In this document: positions 9,199 through 15,999 of the stretch, piece after piece
Layout: the number at the start of each line of letters is the position of its first letter
How positions within the stretch are numbered: position 1 is the first letter of the stretch
Assembly (NCBI GenBank): GCA_036781065.1
Contig: DAIQBQ010000001.1
Location: 1-36,626 of the forward strand
Source: Actinomycetota bacterium
GTDB lineage: Bacteria > Actinomycetota > CADDZG01 > JAHWKV01 > JAOPZY01
Direction: 5' to 3'
Length of the DNA: 36,626 bases
Translations under genes and position numbers: made by a program
The notes under the pieces: generated by a model
The model's database searches: none
Told to the model about the DNA's origin: nothing
The model's input: only the letters and a program-made list of their open reading frames with translations

Positions 9199-12171
9199 TC
9201 AGCCCGCCGGGCTGACGCGGATGTGGTAGGCCCGTACGTCATCGAGGTTCGGGTTGTAGTAGGCGTCGATGTACTCGCCGGGCTGGCCCCAACGGCCCCG
9301 GAAGAACTGCTCGTCGGCCGGTGGGTGCAGGCTGCCCCGGGTAGCGCTCTCATCGTGGTACAGCTCGGCGTAGGGCGTGTACACGATGCGGTAGCCGGCG
9401 GCGAGGGCGCGTAGGCAATAGTCGACGTCGTTAAACGCCACCGCGAGGTTCTCCTCCATGCCGTGGAGCCCCTCATACACCTCCATGCGGGTCATCATGC
9501 AGGCGGCCGTGACCGCACTGACGTTGGTAACGGCGCTTCCCTGACCGAAGTACTCGCGGTGGTCGACGTTGTTGGCGGTACCGCCCACCCCCAAGACCAC
9601 CCCTTCGTGCTGGGGGCTGCCGTCGCGGTGGCGCAGCCGGGCGCCGACGGCAGCGATAGGCGGCTGCTGAGCATATTCGAGCATCGCTTCGATCCACCCC
9701 GGGGTGATCACCTCGGTGTCGTTGTTCAGGAACACCAGGTAGTCGGCCCGAGCCTCCCGGGCGGCCTCGTTCATCATCGCGGCGTAGTGGAACCGGTGCG
9801 GGTAGGGGAGCACCCGACCCTTCACCGTCGACAGATATTCGAGCGTCTCCGGGTCGGTGCTCTGGTTGTCGACCACGATCACCTCGTAGTTCCGGTAGGT
9901 CGACAGCGATTGGATGCTCTCCACGGCGGTGCGCAACAGGTCGACCCGGTCCCGGGTCGGGATGATGATCGCCACCCGGGGGTTGTCCTCGATTGCGAAC
10001 CGGACCCGGTAGCTGCCCTTCCACAGACCGGGAGTTACCTCACCCGTCAGCCCCCGGCGATCCAGTGCCTCGGTCAGCGCCCGCCGGCCGGCGGTGTTCG
10101 CCCAGGGCTTGGCCTCGGTCGAGCCGGCTGCCGACCCCGGGATCTTGCGCCAGGTGTACAGCGGCAAGGCGATGTGGGCGGTGCGCTCGGTCTTCTCGCT
10201 GACCCGCAGGATCAGGTCATGGTCTTGGCTGCCATCAAATCCCGGCCGGAGCCCCCCGACCTTGTTGACGATTGACCGCCGGTATACCGAAAAATGCGTG
10301 ACGTAGTTCATGGCGAGCAGTAACTCCGGAGACCAGTCCGGCTTGAAGAAGGCGTCGACCAGTCGCCCGTCGGGCTCCCGCTTGTCCTCGTCCGAGTAGA
10401 TGAAGTCAAGGTCGGGCCTCCGGTTGAGCAGCGAAACCACCTCGAACAGGGCGTTGGGCTTCAGCTCGTCATCATGATCCAGCAGGCCCACGAACTCCCC
10501 CGTTGCCAAGCCAAGCGCTCGGTTCGTCGCCCCGGAGATCCCCCGCCCGGGACTCAGCCGGGCCAGCTTGACCCCGCGCACGAGTTTGAGGCCGCGCATC
10601 GCCTTGCGGGTCTGCGGGTTCGTCGAGCAGTCGTCAACAATGCACAGCTCCCACCGGGGATAGGTCTGGTTCCGGACAGAGGCAACCGCGGCCCTGAGCC
10701 AGGTGGGGTCGGTGTTGTGCACCGGCACCAGGATGCTGATGGTCGGCTGGAAGGAGAGCCGCCGGGCCATCCTTCGCTGCTCCTGCAGGGCCTCAGGGCT
10801 CGGCGTGTGCTGGCGGAGCCAGTGCTGGTACTCCTCGTCGAGCGAAAGTTCCGGCCCGGTGGGCGGGGCGGGGACCAGCTCCGGGACGGTGGCGACCCCA
10901 GACACCCAGTCGCGCACATTCGGGAGCTGCCGGGTGAACCCGACGACGCCCTCGCGGGCGAGCAGCCTGGCCGCCCTGGAACCGCCCAGGAGAACCTGCC
11001 GCCGCTTCGTGGACCACGGTGCGACCTGGTCGACCTGGGCGATCGTCCGCTCGACAATTCGATGGCCCAGGCTGTGCCGCAGCCGCTCGAGCTCCGCGCG
11101 AGCCGACGCCTCCCCTGCCCGGGCCTGACCGACCTCACCCCGCAGCCCGGCCAGCTGGGCCTCCCGCGTCCGTACCGCCGCGTCGAGCTCATCGGCAAGC
11201 GCTCGGACCCGGGCCGCGTGCTCTTCGATGGCCGCGTCTTTCGCCGTTAGGAGCGTGTCCTTGTCGCTGCACGCCTGCCGGAGCACGCCGAGGGCGGCCT
11301 GTTGATCTTGGAGAGCAGCGTGCTGAGCTTGAAGTGCTGCATCCTTCTGGGCTATGAGCTCCTGCTGAGCTGCGAGTGCTTCCCCCTGGGCGGCGACGCT
11401 GGCGTGCTGGCGGTCGAGCATCTCCCGGTGCTCGGTGAGGGCCTGGTCCTTTCGGAGCCCCTCTTCTCTGCTGAGCTGGCCGGACAGCCGCTGCCCGAGC
11501 TCCGAGAAGAGCTTGGGCACCCACGGGGTGGCAAACGCCTCCCGGAACCGTTCCAGCGCCGGCGGCTCGTCCGGGCCGACGGAGGCGACTCCCAGACCGT
11601 GGCCGTGGGCGAACTCGAAGTGCGGGTAGCGCTCGGCAAGCTCCGCCCAGAAACGCCAGACGCCAAAAGTACCCTCGCGGACATTCGTGTCATGGAGGAG
11701 CACGACCGCCTGCCGGCTCAACTTGGGTTCCCAGGTCTCGAAGTCGTGGCGCACCGCCTCGTAGGTGTGCCAGCCGTCAATATGCAGCAGGTCAATCGAC
11801 CCATCGGCGAACTGATTGACGGCGCCGTCGAATCGGGACTGAATTAATGCGGAGAACTCGGCGTAGTGGTGATCGTGGTGAAGCCGCAGATCCTGGAGGA
11901 TCTCGGGCCCGTAGAACCCAGTCTGGTCGTCCCCTTCCCAGGTGTCGACGGCGAAGCACCGGCTTGCCAGCCCCAACTCCTGGACCGCTTGGCAGAATGA
12001 GCAGTAGGAGTCCCCGTTGTGGGTGCCGAGCTCGACGATAAGAGATGGCCGCACCAAGTCGACCACCAACATGCCGAAAGGAATGTGTTCGACCCAGGCC
12101 GATTTGTCGGTCAGCCTCCGGGGGGTAGACAGGGCGACCGGATGGTCGCCCAGATCGAATGTAGCGCTCAT
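9199..12171 (-). CDS. Multidomain protein: class I SAM methyltransferase + coiled coil + two GT2 glycosyltransferase domains
   Basis: Probable start is ATG 12171 (MSATFDLGD...). The 63 codons up to 12360 are Arg/Pro-rich and look non-coding. MTase motifs: VELGTHNGDSY and LLHIDGWHTY...LLHD. A proline-free Ala/Gln/Leu-rich segment lies at about nt 11053-11475. GT2-A: ISILVPVHNT, IVDDCS, LDHDD. GT2-B: VAIIIPTRDR, VVDNQS, LNNDT. Confidence 0.85.
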   Translation of the reverse strand: MSATFDLGDHPVALSTPRRLTDKSAWVEHIPFGMLVVDLVRPSLIVELGTHNGDSYCSFCQAVQELGLASRCFAVDTWEGDDQTGFYGPEILQDLRLHHDHHYAEFSALIQSRFDGAVNQFADGSIDLLHIDGWHTYEAVRHDFETWEPKLSRQAVVLLHDTNVREGTFGVWRFWAELAERYPHFEFAHGHGLGVASVGPDEPPALERFREAFATPWVPKLFSELGQRLSGQLSREEGLRKDQALTEHREMLDRQHASVAAQGEALAAQQELIAQKDAALQAQHAALQDQQAALGVLRQACSDKDTLLTAKDAAIEEHAARVRALADELDAAVRTREAQLAGLRGEVGQARAGEASARAELERLRHSLGHRIVERTIAQVDQVAPWSTKRRQVLLGGSRAARLLAREGVVGFTRQLPNVRDWVSGVATVPELVPAPPTGPELSLDEEYQHWLRQHTPSPEALQEQRRMARRLSFQPTISILVPVHNTDPTWLRAAVASVRNQTYPRWELCIVDDCSTNPQTRKAMRGLKLVRGVKLARLSPGRGISGATNRALGLATGEFVGLLDHDDELKPNALFEVVSLLNRRPDLDFIYSDEDKREPDGRLVDAFFKPDWSPELLLAMNYVTHFSVYRRSIVNKVGGLRPGFDGSQDHDLILRVSEKTERTAHIALPLYTWRKIPGSAAGSTEAKPWANTAGRRALTEALDRRGLTGEVTPGLWKGSYRVRFAIEDNPRVAIIIPTRDRVDLLRTAVESIQSLSTYRNYEVIVVDNQSTDPETLEYLSTVKGRVLPYPHRFHYAAMMNEAAREARADYLVFLNNDTEVITPGWIEAMLEYAQQPPIAAVGARLRHRDGSPQHEGVVLGVGGTANNVDHREYFGQGSAVTNVSAVTAACMMTRMEVYEGLHGMEENLAVAFNDVDYCLRALAAGYRIVYTPYAELYHDESATRGSLHPPADEQFFRGRWGQPGEYIDAYYNPNLDDVRAYHIRVSPAG

Positions 12172-12498
12172 GGTTCCGGCATCACTCCCGAACACGGTAT
12201 CAGAGCAGGGTGCGTCGCCGATGGTCGATCGCTTCCTCCGAGTGCTCCGGGGCCGTGGCCCCACGAATGACGGCGCGGGCCTTCGTTGATGGACCACGTG
12301 CGGTCGAGGCCAGCATGAGCGGACCCTCGATGCCATTCGTTGGGTTGGCGGCGTCTCCAACGGTATGGTCTCCTGGGTTGCGGCCCAGCCAAGCCGACCG
12401 GCGGGGACGTCCGGGAATTGTGCTGATTGTTGTATAGGCCATTTATCAGACGTTAGTTGTGCTAAACCAATTCGCCTAAACAGACTTGCGAGGTATCG

Positions 12499-13773
12499 TT
12501 GGCTGCCATCGACGCTTCAGTAGCGGCGAGGGGTCGGCGGTGGCGGCACGTCATCCCTCCGATCCTCGTTGCCATCGTCGCGGTGGCGACGGTCACGGCC
12601 CGGCGGCCGGACGCTGTTACCAACCCGCAGTTCTGGGCCGAGGACGGCGCCGTCTTCTTTACGCAGGCGCGCCAACTCGGCGGCTTTCACGCCCTCTTCG
12701 TGTCCTACGCCGGCTATCTGCAGACGGCCAGTCGCCTCGTCGCCTGGTTCGCCCAGGCGTTTCCTGCCCGCCAAGCGCCGCTCATCTACAACCTGTTCGG
12801 TCTGGCGGTGCAGTGCCTCCCGGTTGTCTACCTGGCGAGCCGTCGGTACGACCGGCTGTCCTGGCGCATCCGCCTCTTGCTCATCGCCCTGTACCTCCTT
12901 GTGCCTGCCTCCGGCGAGGTCGATGTAACCATCACGAATTCGCTCTGGCACCTGGCGGTGCTGATGCCGGTGATCGTCTTCGCCGCTCCTCCCAAACGCT
13001 GGTACGGGTTACTGACCGACGTCGCCCTGTTTGTTGTGGCGGCCCTGAGCGGGCCGTTTTGCATCTTCCTGCTCCCGTTCCTGGCCTATTACTGGTGGCG
13101 CCAGCATCGCCCCCGCTGGCTGACGGCTCTGCTAATCGTTGATCTGGCTGGCTGCCTGGTTCAGGGGGCTGAGCTGACGCTCGGACCGAACTCCCGGCCG
13201 CCGGCGTTCACCGTCGACATCCATCGGCTCGTTTCCGTCATCGCCGTGCGCGTCTTCCTCAGCCTTGTGGTGGGGCAACGGGCGGCGCCCAGGTTCGCCA
13301 AGTTCTCAGGATCACTGCAGGCGCTCACTGTCTACCCGGTCTTCTTCGCAGGCGCGGCGCTGGTTGTCGCCGCCTGGGTGAAGGGTTCGACCCAGGTCAG
13401 GCTGTTCTTCGGGTACGCCGGCGTCCTGCTGGCGAGTGCCCTCTTCGTACCCAGTTCCGCGTCGACATTGACCAGTTACTGGCAGGGGTTGACCCTAGCC
13501 GATGGAGGGCAACGCTACTTCTTCGTCCCGATGCTGGCCGTCATTGTTGCCGCGGTGGTGTTGATCGCCTCAGGGACGCGCTGGCTCTCCGCGGTCGGCG
13601 TGGTGTTCCTGCTGGCGATCGTGCTGCTGGGCGTGCCAACGGATTTCCGGTACCAGCCCTACCGGGACTTTCGCTTCGGCCAGAACCTGACCAGGTGTCT
13701 TTCTGGCCCCCTCGGCAGCCCGTGCGCTATACCGATCAACCCTCCCGGGTGGGCTTTTACCCTGCCCCGGTAA
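12499..13773 (+). CDS. Polytopic integral membrane protein, putative GT-C-like glycosyltransferase
   Basis: 424 aa with a TTG start preceded by GAGGT. Many hydrophobic helices. An acidic motif (FWAEDG) follows helix 1. Diverges from the large GT gene across an AT-richer spacer. Confidence 0.65.
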   Translation: MAAIDASVAARGRRWRHVIPPILVAIVAVATVTARRPDAVTNPQFWAEDGAVFFTQARQLGGFHALFVSYAGYLQTASRLVAWFAQAFPARQAPLIYNLFGLAVQCLPVVYLASRRYDRLSWRIRLLLIALYLLVPASGEVDVTITNSLWHLAVLMPVIVFAAPPKRWYGLLTDVALFVVAALSGPFCIFLLPFLAYYWWRQHRPRWLTALLIVDLAGCLVQGAELTLGPNSRPPAFTVDIHRLVSVIAVRVFLSLVVGQRAAPRFAKFSGSLQALTVYPVFFAGAALVVAAWVKGSTQVRLFFGYAGVLLASALFVPSSASTLTSYWQGLTLADGGQRYFFVPMLAVIVAAVVLIASGTRWLSAVGVVFLLAIVLLGVPTDFRYQPYRDFRFGQNLTRCLSGPLGSPCAIPINPPGWAFTLPR

Positions 13774-13783
13774 TCGCCTGCCG

Positions 13784-13809
13784 TGCTGCGGGTGAATCCA
13801 CCGGCGGCA
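13784..13809 (+). terminator. Stem-loop just after the membrane-protein stop (possible weak terminator)
   Basis: Positions 13784-13794 pair with 13799-13809: 10 bp including one G-U pair, plus one G/G mismatch. Loop is AATC. No U-tract follows. Confidence 0.25.
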
Positions 13810-13930
13810 GCCACGCCGGCGTCCTTGGCCTGGCCCTGCCAATCGGCGTCCTGCGGGTTCCGCTGGTGGGTGGGCGACCCGGCCGGTGATGGCGTTGATG
13901 TGACGGGCGACGATGTCAGGCCGGCTTCAT

Positions 13931-13984
13931 GCCGTCAAGGCCCCGTCAAGAAGGCTAAGGGTCGCGTCAAAGACCCGTGAAGGG
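13931..13984 (+). promoter_or_regulatory. Five tandem ~11-bp direct repeats (consensus CCCGTCAAGGN) upstream of the kdp operon
   Basis: Units are GCCGTCAAGGC, CCCGTCAAGAA, GGCTAAGGGT, CGCGTCAAAGA, CCCGTGAAGGG. The core CGTCAAG-like heptamers start at 13933, 13944, 13965 and 13976. The array ends about 25 nt before a possible -10 (GATAGT, 14010-14015) and 52 nt before the first kdp-operon start. Confidence 0.45.
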
Positions 13985-14035
13985 GGGTGCCCGGCCCGAT
14001 CCGTCGCTGGATAGTGGCGCAAAAGGAGGTGGCCC

Positions 14036-14188
14036 GTGGCAGACGTCGGGTTCGTGCTGTTCTTAGTAGCCTTCTTCGCCCTCGCCGCCGGCTTCGTTGT
14101 GGCCTGCGACAAGATCATCGGGAGCCCGTCGGCGTTCGAGGGCGGGGAGCCGGAGGCTGAGCGCCCCAGGGAAGAGTCCGCCGCGTGA
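14036..14188 (+). CDS. Small membrane protein (50 aa), first ORF of the kdp operon (not in the ORF track)
   Basis: GTG at 14036 sits 6 nt after a strong SD, AAAGGAGG (14022-14029). Product is [50 protein letters not shown]: one TM helix plus an acidic tail. The stop overlaps the kdpF GTG (GTGA, 14185-14188). Caveat: it contains the rare codons TTA and GTA. Confidence 0.45.
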   Translation: MADVGFVLFLVAFFALAAGFVVACDKIIGSPSAFEGGEPEAERPREESAA

Positions 14189-14271
14189 TCGAAAACATCG
14201 TCGGGTTGATCATCGCTGCGCTCCTGACCGCCTTCCTGGTCTTCGCGCTCATCTTTCCGGAAAAACTGTGA
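14185..14271 (+). CDS. kdpF: K+-transporting ATPase subunit F
   Basis: 28-aa [31 protein letters not shown]. The single TM helix and the ...ALIxPEK(L/F) C-terminus are typical of KdpF. Its stop overlaps the kdpA GTG (GTGA, 14268-14271). Confidence 0.7.
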   Translation: MIENIVGLIIAALLTAFLVFALIFPEKL

Positions 14272-15989
14272 CCGCCGCAGCGTGGGCGCAGCTGGGCGCG
14301 CTGATCGTTGCCCTGGCGATCCTGGCGCCCCCGCTCGGGTGGTACCTGGCCAAGGTCTATGGCGGCGGCAGCGCGCCCGGCGACCGGGTCTTCGGCCCGC
14401 TGGAGCGGCTGATCTACCGGCTGTGCGGCATCGACCCCGAGGGCGAGCAGCACTGGAAGGTTTACGCCTTCTCGCTGCTGGCATTCAGCTTCGTCTCAGT
14501 CCTGATCTTGTACGCCCAGCTACGCCTCCAGGGGCACCTGCCACTCAACCCGAACCACTTCAAGGGGGTCACCCCGGCGCTGTCGTTCAACACCGCGGTC
14601 AGCTTCCTGACCAACACCAACTGGCAGAACTACGCCGGCGAGTCGACGATGGCGCAGCTGACCCAGATGGCCGGCCTCGCCTTCCACAACTTCGTGTCGG
14701 CCGCCGCCGGGGCCGCCGTGGCCGTGGCTCTCATCCGGGGCCTGATCCGAAAGCGCACCCAGAACCTCGGCAACTTCTGGGTCGACCTCACCCGCACCTG
14801 CACCCGGGTGCTGCTGCCGATCTGTATCGCGGCGACCATCATCCTGGTCAGCCAGGGGGCGGTCCAGAACTTCCACCACGACACAACCGCCCATACCGTC
14901 CAGGGCGCCACCCAGCAGCTCCCCGGCGGCCCGGTCGCCAGCCAGGAGGCGATCAAGGAGGCCGGCCAGAACGGCGGCGGCCCGTACAACGCCAACTCGG
15001 CGCACCCCTACGAGAACCCCAACCCGATCACCGACATCGTCGAGATCGTCCTCATCCTGCTGATCCCGTTCTCCTTCCCGTTCGCCTACGGGTTCCTGGT
15101 GGGGGACAAGAAGCAGGGGTTCGTGATCGTTGCCACCATGTTCGTCCTGTGGCTGGCGATGGCGCTGGCCGCGATGACCCTGGAGACTCACGGCAGCGTC
15201 AAGCTGGCAGCCGCCGGGGCCAACCAGGCGGTGACCTCCACCCAGTCCGGCGGGAACATGGAGGGCAAGGAGGTCCGCTTCGGCGCTGCCTCGTGCGGGC
15301 TGTTCGCCGCCAGCACCACCGGGACCTCGGCCGGGGCGGTCAACTGCTCCCACGACAGCCTGACCCCGCTCGGGGGGGCGGTCGCGCTCGTCAACATCAT
15401 GTTCGGCGAGGTCGACCCCGGAGGGACCGGTTCCGGCCTCTACGGCATGCTGATCTTCGCCCTGCTGGCGGTGTTCATCGCCGGGCTGATGGTCGGCCGG
15501 ACCCCGGAGTACCTGGGCAAGAAGATCCAGGCCGCGGAGATGAAACTGGTCGTGCTCTACATCCTGGCGGTGCCGTTCGTCATCCTCGTGTTGACCGCCG
15601 CCTCGGTGCTGCTCAAGGGCCCGCTCACGTCGCTGGGCAACACCGGCCCCCACGGCCTGACCGAGATGATCTACGCCTTCACCTCGCAGGCCAACAACAA
15701 CGGCTCCGCCTTCGCCGGCCTCAACGGCAACACGGTGTGGTTCAACACCACCGGTGCGATCGCCGAGCTGGTCGGCCGGTTCTTCCTCATGATCCCGGTG
15801 CTGGCGATCGCCGGCTCGCTGGCGATGAAGCAGCCGGTCCCGCCCTCGGCGGGCACCTTCCCCACCGGCAGCAAGCTGTTCTTCGGCCTGCTGATCGGCG
15901 TGGTGCTGATCGTCGTCGGGCTGACCTTCTTCCCCGTCGTGGCGCTCGGCCCCATCGTCGAGCACCTGGCCGGCCACTTCAGCGTCTGA
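14268..15989 (+). CDS. kdpA: K+-transporting ATPase subunit A
   Basis: GTG at 14268 gives [33 protein letters not shown]...[13 protein letters not shown], a typical KdpA N-terminus. About 573 aa, polytopic. The ORF portion upstream of 14268 is Arg-rich and non-coding-like. Confidence 0.95.
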   Translation: MTAAAWAQLGALIVALAILAPPLGWYLAKVYGGGSAPGDRVFGPLERLIYRLCGIDPEGEQHWKVYAFSLLAFSFVSVLILYAQLRLQGHLPLNPNHFKGVTPALSFNTAVSFLTNTNWQNYAGESTMAQLTQMAGLAFHNFVSAAAGAAVAVALIRGLIRKRTQNLGNFWVDLTRTCTRVLLPICIAATIILVSQGAVQNFHHDTTAHTVQGATQQLPGGPVASQEAIKEAGQNGGGPYNANSAHPYENPNPITDIVEIVLILLIPFSFPFAYGFLVGDKKQGFVIVATMFVLWLAMALAAMTLETHGSVKLAAAGANQAVTSTQSGGNMEGKEVRFGAASCGLFAASTTGTSAGAVNCSHDSLTPLGGAVALVNIMFGEVDPGGTGSGLYGMLIFALLAVFIAGLMVGRTPEYLGKKIQAAEMKLVVLYILAVPFVILVLTAASVLLKGPLTSLGNTGPHGLTEMIYAFTSQANNNGSAFAGLNGNTVWFNTTGAIAELVGRFFLMIPVLAIAGSLAMKQPVPPSAGTFPTGSKLFFGLLIGVVLIVVGLTFFPVVALGPIVEHLAGHFSV

Positions 15990-15999
15990 GGAGCCTTTG

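Noticed and set aside
12172-12360. N-terminal extension of the large GT gene back to ATG 12360
   Set aside because: The 63 extra residues (METPPTQRMASRVRSCWPRPHVVHQRRPAP…) are Arg/Pro-rich and unlike the rest of the protein. The MTase domain begins right after ATG 12171.
13774-14035. Possible c-di-AMP (ydaO-type) riboswitch upstream of kdp, prompted by GGGTGAATCC at 13791-13800 and a CCCGGCCCGAUCC segment near 13990
   Set aside because: The highly conserved 3' element of that riboswitch (…CCGACAGCUAACC…) is absent. The GGGTGAATCC segment is more simply explained as the tip of a plain hairpin (13784-13809) just after the upstream stop codon. It is only worth a formal covariance-model scan.
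13927-14484. 185-aa minus-strand ORF covering the kdp leader, the micro-ORF, kdpF and the kdpA start
   Set aside because: The product is Arg/Pro/Ala-rich (…[20 protein letters not shown]…) and has no SD. It overlaps better-supported plus-strand genes.
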